Part shown: piece by piece, positions 12,600-24,320 of the stretch
How positions within the stretch are numbered: the stretch's first letter is position 1
Layout of the letters: the number at the start of each line of letters is the position of its first letter
NCBI GenBank assembly: GCA_976551045.1
Contig: CDPCPM010000247.1
Coordinates: forward strand, 1,426,001-1,490,000
DNA length: 64,000 nucleotides
Source: Glaucostegus cemiculus
Taxonomy: Eukaryota
Direction of reading: 5' to 3'
Notes under the pieces: model-generated
Database searches by the model: none
Told to the model about the DNA's origin: nothing
The model's input: the letters and a program-made list of their open reading frames with translations, nothing else
Made by a program: the position numbers and the translations under genes

Positions 12600-13480
12600 G
12601 AATGGCCTTGCATGCATGGGCAAGATCAGCAAATATATCATTAAATCCCATTATCCACCAACTGCTCCACTTGACTATCTTCCAATAAATTCTCAATCAG
12701 CACTTGGGCCTTAAAGTGATGTGGCCACCCACACGCTCAGATAATCAGCAGCAACAGCATGGAACAGCTGTGACCCAGTGGAGGATGTTCACAACATCTG
12801 TAGCCTGTGACAGGGCAATGACTAATGAAGATTATAATGGTATGCTCAACCCCATTCTCCTTTCTTAATTTCTCTCAATTCCACAATCTCATCATGTACA
12901 AGAAGCAGATCATGTGGTTATGCACTGCTTACTGGCCCACCTTTCACCATCAGCCTTCTGTGCCCTTCTCTTTATAGATGGTGTAGAATTCCCACCTGAC
13001 CAGCAGAAGAGTGAAGAATATTCCCAGCTTGGGTATTGGGAATGCCATATTGTGTCATGCAGGTGGGGTCTGCATTAGGAGCGTAACCAGCAGCTGGGGT
13101 AGGGGGCATGATGGTCCAGGCATCTGTTCCAAGTAGTTGCAAATTAGTTCTGCCACTGAAGATTTGGCTGAGGATTTTTATGGGATTCTCTAGAGAAGGC
13201 GGCTGATAAGTGTGCATAATGAGATAGTTGGTGCACTGGCATGGCTGTCAGACATACTGCATGTAACGCCAAGGTACTTGAAGTTCATCTGCAAACTCAC
13301 AAGACTGTGCAGAACCTGGAGTTCTTTGCTTTCCTGCATGGAAGTGGTGCCAGTTTTATTCTGTCATGTTCAGACACAATCTCATATACACCTGCTGGCA
13401 ATGGTCTCAATCTTGCTTCCAGGTTTTCCTCTACTGAAGGATGCATCTCTTCAGGGAGGTGGTTTCACATAACTAGAATG
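12600..13480 (-). mobile_element. Highly decayed non-LTR retrotransposon 3' part (I-group, Ingi/Vingi-like)
   Basis: Minus-strand remnants KYLGVT, GRTNLQLLGTDAWT, TGYRCCEH/LHW and a Cys-rich C-terminus appear in the expected order. Confidence 0.4.
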
Positions 13481-14015
13481 TATTATTTACATGTGAGCCA
13501 TGAGAGCTGCAAAAGTTTTTCACTCATCCCTATTCTCATGTCAATGTGCACTTCTAGCAGGGGTTTTTGGGGATGGGAAGTTTGCCATTTCTCCCAACAT
13601 AATTCAGAGGCTTTTGGCAAACTTATTTGCTCTACATCAAACTCCCCTCTCCCCACCATCCCTACCGTTACCAGTCCCAAGACTGTTACTCCTTTTGGCT
13701 GAAATCAGCCACCTCCTGGACAGCGAGGGAACATGTTTAGAATCTGTTAATTATGGGGACATGACAGTTGATCTGAAGTAGAAGTTCAACCATGATCTTA
13801 TTAACTGGCAGAGATGACTCTGGACCAAATCGTTTACTCCCTCTTTTGTTTTCTATGGTCCATCAGCTCACTACAAGATAAACTCATTGTCATAGAGAGA
13901 TCTAAATAAGTCTGTCTGGAAATACTGGAAAGTCACTGCTATAGAGAGGGAGCAGAGTTTGGTTTCTGTGGAGATTTTAGCAGAGTACAAAATCTGTTGT
14001 TTTTTTTCTCTTTAG

Positions 14016-14027
14016 CAAGAATACTGG
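14016..14027 (+). other. Candidate 5' UTR exon of DENND2A (12-nt microexon, or the 3' end of a longer first exon)
   Basis: ttttttttctctttAG|CAAGAATACTGG|GTAAGT: strong acceptor and consensus donor; exon 17472 has an acceptor, so an upstream exon is required. Confidence 0.4.
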
Positions 14028-15065
14028 GTAAGTCATTAAATTATTCTTCAGTGAGGGTACTGTTGAAATATATGTATTTTTCAGGTCTGGAGTTACTTTG
14101 CAAAGGTTCCAGAATTAACCATGCAGGAACAACTCAAGTCACAGCTGCTTCATACACAAGCTAAGCTGAAGAAAGTCCATCTGCCCAGTTTGATGCAGCA
14201 CGTGATTGTCAAGAGAATTTTCTTGACCAAATTTAGTCATAAAATAACTGATCTCCTTGTGTGTTTAATTTAGTTAATGGCATATAAGTAAAAGAAGAAG
14301 CCAGGAAGAGAGTTTAAAATTTTTCCCAGTGCTGGGCACACGGCCAGAGCTGAAATGTAGTTTGTCTGGAAAAATAGAACACCAAGGATTTCACATATTT
14401 TATTGAGGCTTCTTTGTTTGACAGACAATGGTGTCTTCCTATTATTTCTCTTCTATTGTGTTGCTATGGTTATCCACTCTTCATTTCAGTTTTTTCTGTA
14501 ACAGAATAATGAGTTACTTTGGTTTGAGTTCAGCAATTGTACAAGTTTCTCTGTATTCCTTTTTTAGCCTTTGGAAGATTTAAATGCATCCTCTACAAAG
14601 CTATTTCTACAGAGGGTGTATGATATAGTGTTCACTTAATCTAGGCAATGAGTTATTCCTCCTGGTCAAGGAGGACATGACATGCAGTTTTAATGAATAT
14701 TGAGTAGGGGTGTGGCATAAAGAGGCAAAGATATGGAACCCTCTGCATCCCCAGTAGAAGAATCCAAGACGCACGTATTTTGGGAAGGGGTCAAATTTCC
14801 CAAGTGGTGCCAGGACAACATAATTGAATATTGTGCTTACGCAGTAGTCCAAAACCCTATAGAGAGTAATGGTCTGTGCAGTGTGATGATCAGCCTGGTG
14901 CTAGGCTAATATTGAAGTATAGATAGAATTGTGAATGAGACCTTCAACTACAAGTTGCTCAGTTTTTACGTGCATCCATATCTCCTGGGATAGAATAGCC
15001 AGGAAAAAAGCATACTAAGTGCCCTAAGCCTATTTGTTTTTGTATTTGTTTTCTTTTGACTAGCT

Positions 15066-15309
15066 GGTGCCAATGGCCGTGTGTGTGTTTGGGGGTGGTG
15101 GGGATGGGGCAGAAGCAGGGGTTGGGGTGCCAATGGCCGTGTGTGTGTTTGGGGGTGGTGGGGATGGGGCAGAAGCAGGGGTTGGGGTGCCAATGGCCGT
15201 GTGTGTGTTTGGGGGTGGTGGGGATGGGGCAGAAGCAGGGGTTGGGGTGCCAATGGCCGTGTGTGTGTTTGGGGGTGGTGGGGATGGGGCAGAAGCAGGG
15301 GTTGGGGTG
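15066..15309. repeat. Perfect tandem repeat, 60-bp unit x about 4.07
   Basis: Unit ggtgccaatggccgtgtgtgtgtttgggggtggtggggatggggcagaagcaggggttgg is identical in all four copies. Confidence 0.98.
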
Positions 15310-16315
15310 GAAATAGAGAAACAGCCAGAAAGTGTTTTTGAAACCCAACAGGGTGAGCTGAGAGTTGTGACAGCAGAAACATGGTCATTAACCCAAGGCT
15401 GCGTCAACAGCATAGTATTTGTTAAGGTCATATTTCTCACTCAGATGGTTCAGGGGTTCTTCCTTGTTAATGATCTTCATATATCCGATCACATCATTAA
15501 ACATCATTTACGGGGGTTTCAGCTACCTTACCCCGACCTTCACACAGGGCACAATTCCAACAGGCAAATTCAATGCAGTCCATCAAATAGAGGCAGGAGC
15601 TTCATTACAATATTAAATAAAGGATAGATGCCATTTGTTTATTTTCCTGTTATTGTTTTGTGAATAATTAAATAGTCAGAGGTAAATTAATTGCAATTTT
15701 TTTTTGTGAAATCTGGATTTAGCAGATTTGACTCCAATTTTGCACCATTCATGATTATATTTTCCCTGCGATGAAAAATCTGCTTCTGTAGCTCCTGGCT
15801 GCCAGTTTTCCTCACGGACTCGTATTCTATATTGACTCTCATCAGCTAGTTTTCCTGATTATCATAATGCAGCATTTCGCATTCACAAGATGATAGTTTG
15901 AAGCAGACGAGAAAAAAAGCATCAGCACTCAAAATCTGAATTATGTAATGTATTACAATTAGACCTAAATTAATCATCAGTTTACACTCAGGCTTGAATC
16001 TTACAGGGGATAGTTGGGGGGTGGGAGTGCAGTCCAGCAGGGACAATGTATAGTAACTGATATTGGATGGATCCCTGGACCATTTTGTGTGTTATATCGG
16101 GGTTGCTGAAGTCATTTTAAATCTCAACTCCTACCCAGATGGGATAAGCTATAATTCTATGGACCAAGAATCATACCTGTAATTTTCCATTTTCTGGTTG
16201 CCTGCATTCCTTTTGTGGATGATAACATTTAAAGTAATATTTTTCCATAAAGTTTATGATCAGTTCATGGTACTTCAGCCATGCCAAGTAGAACCAACAA
16301 ATTGCCAAAACCTAG

Positions 16316-16754
16316 AGGGTGGCTATCTTGCCCTAAGTGTATAGCCATTTGCTTAGGTTCAATAGCCAGCTTACTCTCTCAGCTCGAGCTGCAGCCACGG
16401 GGCCAAATTTGTTCACTGAAATCTTTGCTTGGGGGAATATCTGTTACTTAAATGGAATACACTGCTTATCCTGCTTGACATCTACCAATGATCACAATAA
16501 AATAGAAGCAGACAACAAACAGAAGCAGAATATATTCTTTCAGCGAAGGAAAACAGGCAGAGACAATTGACCCTGAGACACTTTTTGATGGAAAAGGGAG
16601 CTTTTGAGTAGCAATTGGATGGGAGAAACCCTGCCCATTTCCCTGCCCCTTCAGATACTGTGCAATCTGTGACACTTCATTCTTTACAGACCAACGATTA
16701 AAACTGGCATCCCCGGTTGTATAACTTAAGCAATAACAAGCAGAAAATTTGCCC
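16316..16754. mobile_element. Old MITE / non-autonomous DNA transposon
   Basis: Imperfect inverted ends (ttgccctaagtgtatagcc versus ggttgtataacttaagcaa); right end aaatttgccc. Confidence 0.4.
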
Positions 16755-17481
16755 ATTGGGTCTGAACCTAGAGCTGGTAAAGTACTTATTTACCAGATTA
16801 GTTTCAAATCTAAGATGTGGTACTGTGAGAAAATAGCTTTACAGATTTTAAGCTGGTTAGAGGTTTAATTAGGAATAAACGGTGAGTTCTTTGTGCAGAA
16901 TGGTATTATCAGTGAGGGAAGTGCATGTATAAATCCTAGAATGTTAATGAAAAGTTATAAGAGTGATGTTGATGGACAAGCTAATTCAAACAGCTTTCTT
17001 CATCTGTACATGGCATGTAAAAGAGAGCAAGGATAGAAAATTAGTCGGTGCCAAATCGCCTCCTGTTAATGTTTGATTGAAGTATGAAAATCCTAAAACG
17101 ATCAAATGGTTGTTGAAACAGTGCATAAATTCTTCAAATTATACAGCAGGAAAGGAGGCCATTTGACCTATTAAGTTTATTTCAGGAAGAAATGTGTAAA
17201 AGGAGATTAAGTAGCTGCACATATGTTTTTTAAAAATATATATACTGAAGCAATAGAAAGAGAGAGTAGGGAAAATGGATTAGATCAGACCACTTATATT
17301 TCTAATTTACTAAAACTGGCATTAAGCAATGGTAATAGTTTCACTAAAAATAACAACCAAAGTTACTAGAATAATTATAATTATACCACATTAATACTAT
17401 CAAGATTATTATAATTGATTATAATAATAACAAAACCTGACTGATTTATTGTATTTTATACCCTTTGGCAGGTGAAGGAAC

Positions 17482-17567
17482 ATGCCTATTACCAACAGGA
17501 TGATAGCCAATAAGACAGTGGCATTAAACTGGACAGGAACAACTTACAATTCAAAGACCATTGATCG
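17482..17567 (+). CDS. DENND2A: DENND2A coding exon 1 (exon starts 17472): MPITNRMIANKTVALNWTGTTYNSKTID(R)
   Basis: Acceptor ttttataccctttggcAG ends 17471; ATG 17482 has A at -3; donor CG|GTGAGT at 17568; phase 2 matches the phase-2 start of the exon at 24321; resembles the DENND2B/ST5 N-terminus. Confidence 0.8.
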
Positions 17568-17716
17568 GTGAGTAAGAGTTGTCTGGATTCTGTGATTTGA
17601 GCTGATGGGCAGGTCTCATAAGTAGATATGTTATACCACAATTGATAATGTATTCAGATTACTGATCACATCTGCTACTAAAATTATGATAAAATTCATA
17701 ATATAAGCCCATGCAA

Positions 17717-18155
17717 TAGAACATGGAACATTACAGCACAGTACAGGCCCTTCAACCCACAATGTTGTGCCGACATTTTATCCTGCTCAAAGATCTATAT
17801 AACTCTTCCCTCCCATATAGCCCTCCATTTCTCTATCATTTCACATGGCTATCTAAGAGTCTCTTAAATGTCCCTAATGTATCTGGTGCCACAACCTCTG
17901 CCAGCAGTGTGTTCCACGCACCTACCACTCTCTGTTTAAAAAAAACCTTACCCCTGACATTCTCCTTCTATCTTCCTCCAATCACCTTAAAACTATGCCC
18001 ACTCGTGTTAGCCATTGTCGCCCTGGGAAAAGTCTCTGACTGTCCACTCGATCTGTGCCTCTTATCATCTTGTACACCTCTATCAAGTCACCTCTCGTCC
18101 TCCTTCTCTCCAAAGAGAAAAGCCCTAGCTCGCTCAACCTATCCTCATAAGACAT
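17717..18155 (-). mobile_element. CR1 LINE 3' fragment
   Basis: Closely similar to 35366-35800; tail agaacatggaacattacagcacagtacaggccctt. Confidence 0.9.
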
Positions 18156-18559
18156 AACTAATCAAAGGGAATTGTATTCTGTGCAGAGGTCATAATAGAT
18201 TAAGCAAACTGCCACTCATTAAGAAATGCTAGGAATTTCTATCAAGCCATTGGCATGTGAACGGGGAATCATTCGATGATGTGTTATATTTGATGTAGAT
18301 GGACTTCCACACCATGTGAAGGGATTTTCACCCATTCTACTTTGACCAATTATTGCCATACTATGTTGGTGTGATGGAGTCTAGCCTGGGCAAATATATT
18401 TTGCAGGCTCCTTATGAAAATCATCTCTGCATTTGGGCATCCTTTGTATCCTGTGCCCTACCACCTCTGTTCAGTTGGGAATGAAGCTGTGAATGTTGAG
18501 CAGTAACATCCCACAGTGAACGCCACCTTCATCCTGTTCCTCTTGCTCCTTGCCCGGGC

Positions 18560-19320
18560 TCCACCTTATGGACCTCAGTCTGTGCTCTGCCAGTGGTCCC
18601 TGTCTACAGTTTGTTAGATTATGTAGCACACAATGAAGCAGTCTTCTCATCTGCCTGTTGTGTACTGTTGTGTGCCCAGACTAGGGCAATCAACACAACC
18701 TCATCTGGAGGAAACCAATGCTGCTTTGTCTAGAGAGCACAGTGATGTGAGCAGCCGCAGGAATTGACTCCCAACATCGAAGAAGTGTCGGCCACTGACA
18801 ACATTCAGCAGAGTCTTTTGGTTCCTAGAAAAAGGGCATTGACCATGAGGAAATTCTTTTTGTGATCCATATTGAAGGAGAGGAAAGCCTTCCTCTTCAG
18901 AAGCCCTGGGTTACAAGGGAAGCCCCTATGGACAGGTGGTTATGGTCAATGGCTGCCTGTACTCACGGGCAGTCAGCAATGCTGTCAAATCCCAAAGCCT
19001 CAGATACCACCTGAAACTCACTGAGATCAAAACTGGTGAAATTATTTCTTCATAAACACAATACTGAGGCAACCTCCCTGATGCTGCAGTGAGTAGCAAA
19101 GTGGGAGACGAGACAGAGGTCTGTCGTAGTTACTTGAAAGATCCTGTGGCAAGGCAGTTAAAAGTCACTGTGAACTTGACCTCCTTAGAAGGAGCAGTAC
19201 TGGTAAGAGAGTGTGGCCAAATGTCTTCCTGCAGAATGTCACATATCTTAGTAATGACAACCTTGGAAAATTGGGCCTGTGAATGTGGTGCTTATCGGAA
19301 AGGTCCAAGTTTTATGTAGT
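18560..19320 (-). mobile_element. PIF/Harbinger transposase pseudogene
   Basis: Minus strand: FSKVVITKICDILQ...VKFTVTFNCLATGSF, SHFATHCSIREV, LGFDSIADCP*VQAAIDHNHL, KRKAFLSFNMDHKKNFLMVNA. Confidence 0.85.
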
Positions 19321-22300
19321 GTCTCCGAAGACTCTCTCAGTGTAGACTGACAGAAAGGTTGTTGCCTCCTGGCCTGAGGTCCCCAAGTGAGTTGTTTCTA
19401 CTGAGGCACTGAGTGAATGAATATCAGCAGCTAAGTGAAGGAAAAAGGGCTCGCTGTTAGTTTAAGCACACTCATTGTCTGCTTGAATAGTCTGCAGGTG
19501 GCAAGTCAATTGCCCTAATAACGTCAGCAGAGTGTCCTTGCAAGTAGTTAAAGAAGTAGCAGACTAGTGCAGTGTGTTGCTAGTTCTACTTTGATGGTCA
19601 TGGGTTTCAACTTTGGCTCTAGTTTATGGTGCTAAGGGTGAAAATGGGCTTTATGTGATAAATGACATTTGATGTATTGTCTTGCACCTGGAAGATGTCA
19701 TGTATACCAATGTGGATAGCACAGATGACTTGATCTGGTCAATTCAGGTAAAGTCAAAGTTGGGCCACAGGGTGCCTAGAAATGGGTACTACGTAATCCA
19801 GTTTCTACACTCGTGTTTTATACAGTGATACGAAATTTTATAAAGTACCAGTGATATTACTCCATTGCTTAGAGTGAGGTTTCTAATGTTTATTGTGTGA
19901 ATACTCTGAGAAAACTCAAAGTACTTAACACCTACTGTTGTTTGCTGATCTTTTGCTTTCACATTTTAGTTCTGCATTTGCTATATTGATTTAGTTTTTA
20001 GCCACGACTTGCTGAATATTCCTGCTGCCTTAGTGGAAAGTGAAACATCCTCCCATTCCAATCAAATTAACTTGCCAATGCCAATCAATTGTTTTATATG
20101 TGATGCTGTTTTTGGAGGGTGGTTCCTCATTTGTTCTGCACATGCCTCCATTTGAAATCTCAGTCAATTCCCATGATATTTCATGGCACAAGCTGCTTCA
20201 AACTGCTGAATACTTAGGTCAGTTCTTGCTTCTATTGTGGAAGAACTGTAGCTCATTAGCTGAGTGAGAAAGACAGAGTTGCTGGATCATTGGTGGTCAA
20301 TTGCTTTTGTGACTGAACTAATCAGAAATTATCATCTGGTACTAGGATCTAAATGGTTGAAGACGGTGGTTGAAAATCTATTTTCATTTGGGAATTGGTA
20401 ATTTATAACCATAATCAGCGTTTAGCTAAAGAACAGTTTGGTCTGGGATCTAATTGATCAAAAGGGACACAGGAATCACAAATCATATTGGTAACATTTA
20501 CATATGTCTTTAGTGTTAAGAGTGTTGCAGCCCTGAGACAACGTCCTGTAATTTGAAATAATATGGCGATGATAATGAACAAGTCAATGACTTTTCTGAA
20601 CCTATTGAGGTTTCTGGGCTTTAGTAACATTGTTAGCTATCCACATAACTGGCATCAGTATTAAGCAGTGCAGGTGTAATCTTGCATGAGTAATTTCCCT
20701 AATTGGAGGAAATGTGTGAAAATGTGCAAAGATGGAATACTCAGTATCTTTCTACATGAGGCTTTGAAATTTATTTTATTTTGAGCTTGTCTGGTATAGC
20801 AGGAAAATTCGAAGGAGAAAAGTAAGTGAAAATGTTGGAGGGAATTTGAAAAATGATTTCTAAAGACTCTACTGCATATGGATTTTGCATGTTCTTGTTA
20901 TTTATGGATGTACAAGGTGAATATATTACAGCAAGATTTCAGACCTCGATCACAATGTAGAGCAGGAAGTGGAAGTCTAGGATTTTGAGCAGTCAGCTGG
21001 AATATTTGCCATTACTGCAAAATAAATAGGCAAACTAGTTGTTATTGGCAGATTATCAAAATACTGCAACAAAAATATGCGTGGTGGAAGCAAAACTTTT
21101 CCATAAAATATGAAAACTCAGGACCCCACAAGTCTTTCATGATGAGTCCCCCACCTACCTTGCCCCTGTCTCTCTCCCAACCTCCAACACTCAGCCCCTG
21201 CCAAAAGACAATTGAAGTGCCATCCCTCACTTTTAGATCGTCAGTTCCAACAGAGCTCCCACGTGAAGCCATATTGGAAGCCTGTCTGTCAAACCTGTTT
21301 CTCATAAGTATATCACTGAATCATTTAAGTGTGTATGGGATGACATTTACTTAAAGGAATAGGCACTTTGTATTTTCTTCTCAAAGTTGGATAGATGTTT
21401 GTTTATATGCACTGTACCGAAATTGTCACGGAAACATTGATCCCACACAATCACTGGGATTAACAGAGCAGTAGTTGTCTGTTCTCAGCGGTTAAAGCAC
21501 TCTCAGGAGGAACACTTTTGTTGCATGCTTTTTATCACCTGCTGTCTCCTTTTACAAATCAGTGTTCTTTTCTATCCTGCTCAATCACTTAATTTGCCAA
21601 ATTGAATGTGATGTTTATGAACATGGTTTCAGCAACGGTTACATTGGAAGTATGCTGCAAGAACATTTAAGATAACGGTGCTCCAGCCTGGGGCTGGTCA
21701 GGCTTTCTTGCAGAGGTTATTGGTTTCTCTGCGATATTCAGAAAGGTTGTGTTTATCCAGAATGCTTAGCTTAAGTAGAGATCTCCTCAGATCAATCAGT
21801 GACCTTTCAGGACCTAACCACAGCACATGACTGTGGTTTAGGACTTACAGTAGAGGAAATGTGTAGCAGGGACTGAGGAACAGCTGTATTTTCATTTAGT
21901 CCCACACAGTGTATTTCTGTTGCTTTACTTTTTAAAAAAAAACTAAGTCATCTCAAATTTCAGTTCTTTGCCTGGTCTGCCGTTTTTGAATGAAGTGTTA
22001 CAGGCATGTAATGATCCATGATATTCATCCCAACTCTGCACTCCACACCCAAGGGCCAGCTTTGTTCCCTCCAATGTCCGTTCCAGATTTGCTCTCAAGT
22101 GTAGCAATCTGATTCGGCCTTTGCTCGACTTGGACTGTGCTCAAACTCTTGCAGGAATAGGGGAAAGTGAATGTGGTGCCCTATCTGAGAATGTAATACA
22201 GGAGAAAATGTTGGTTAAACAGCAACAGGTTATCAAAAATGTAGGTCTGGTGAACATTTTAATTGAAATATATATATTTATTTAGTCGGGTTTAGTTGCC

Positions 22301-24320
22301 ATAGTGGGGTTTTTGTAGAGGTGAAAATAAAAGCAAGCTTACATTGAAGGCTACTGGCGACTCATTGACATTTTTGGGAAGCAGAGAACTGTTCTCCAAA
22401 GCCTGGGCAGGAAGGTAGTGTGATCTGCACAGACAGCAATGTGATGAGAAGAGAATTGGTTCAATAAACCAAGTCCTTTGGTGAAATTAAAGGACTTCCT
22501 GGAGATCAGGAAATGCAAAAGAACCAAACTGAGAAAAATGTCTGGGTGGAAAACAAATCTGAAAATGAGACCTTGGCTGACTGAAACTCAAGACCATGAC
22601 AGATAACGACAGGGCTTGACTTAAAGACTCAATCCTGCTACAAGTATAGGTCAATGTCCCAGAAAGTTTATTGGCAGTAAGTCTGTACTGGAGCCATCTT
22701 GTCTCTCTGAGGCAACGAAGAAACTCTGACTCTGCACCTCTTAAATGAACTACTGCAAGTAGGAAAGGAAAAGAATGATATACCAATTGTTTAGAGCCCA
22801 AAGGTTATTGAATATCATATTGAAGGTCCTGTTTGTCCATAGATTTGCATGCACAATGGGCTCACAGAATTTCCAAGCATGCATTCTGCATGCTTACTGC
22901 GCAGCCCCAAGCAAAATGGCCTGGTGGACCTCCAGCATGAAATGCTTTATTGGTCTCAGAGTGAAATAAATTTCCTCCCTCTGCCATCTGTAATTAAGAG
23001 AACAAAGCAATTAGATGCTCTTTGAGAACGCACCAGAAAATTTTGACTTAATTTTCAGCAATATAGCTCCAAAGAGTGTTCTGGATTTTGAAGATGACTT
23101 GAGATTTTCCAGTGTATCATGCAGGAAGTGATTAGCTTGGAATACTGTGTGCCTCATGTTAGGGGCTCCCTTTCCTGTCTAAATGCTTAAAAGGTTATCA
23201 CTGTCTTGTTGGAAGTATATAAAAAGAGCACCCTAATTGCATTTTCCCACGGTGTTTGTTTTCCATTAAGGTTTCTGAAAACTTGAGGCATAACAGCCAG
23301 TTGTATGTAGTCCTACAATATTACAATGCCATCTTTGAAAGGGAGCTTCATTTCTCTGTTTTACATGTGTCATGTTCAATGGCAAGGTAAAAATTAATAA
23401 TTGTATTTTGATACAAGGCTCACTGGAGATGATGAGGCAAAGACTGAGGCCCTTCACATTGTATGATCATCGTTTCATTTAGTTAATGTAGGGAAAGAAA
23501 ATTCCATGGTCTAATGTTGTCCAGTTTTTTAAGCTGGATTTAGTGAAACAATCTGAAGATGAAGTAATATTTTGTGAATTGTGTGGCGAGTCCAAACTCC
23601 AATCTGTGAGCCCATTTTGCAATTCTGATAAAATAGCCTTTTTATCGGCCTGTCCCAGCTCAATGTATTTTGTCACCTAAAAGGATGTTGATTTTAGACT
23701 AAAAAGCTTTGAGTGGTGGAGCATAAATACCTGCATGGACCCTATTGGGATGAACAGCCTTTCTCTCTGCTGTAAATATTATGGAGTAATTTGCATTTTG
23801 GCAAAGATCTTTGAATGTTAAATTGACCTTCTTGGATCAATCAGGTAACAAGGGTGAAAGAGAAATAGTCACCTTATGGATTTCAGTTTGGCCAACAGCC
23901 AGTAAAAGCTCAGCACAGCCTTGGAACCCAAGGTTTGTTAATTTGTCTTAGGATGGGAGTAGACTTGGTGTATGTAACTTAAAATCAGATCTTGCAATGA
24001 ACGTGTATTCAGAATGATATTCCCATTTGCAGTAATGAAAGTATGGATTCCTTGCATTGGTATCATTGCCTCAACACCCATTCCACTCCATTCCGCACCT
24101 AGTCCTATTGACTTAAAGATTCAGGACATCAGTTTTTCAGCAGCTCTCTCTCTCTTCTGTTTCAATGTCAGAAGGTAATCAAAAAATGGAAGGTAGTGAA
24201 ACTAGGACATTTAAAGATCTTTGCTTCAGAATGCCCAGCTTAAATACTATGTTATGTACTTCTTAAGACTCAAACCATTTATTTTGTTCTATGACTATGA
24301 CAGATCTTTTTATCTCGCAG

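Noticed and set aside
14028-14084. GT...AG mini-intron after the 12-nt candidate exon
   Set aside because: 57 nt is below the usual vertebrate minimum intron length.
15066-15309. CRISPR-like array
   Set aside because: Units are wholly identical with no unique spacers, there are no cas genes, and the context is a vertebrate genome.
14959-15627. Six overlapping ORFs with 20-aa periodic peptides
   Set aside because: By-product of the stop-free 60-bp tandem repeat; no splice or homology support.
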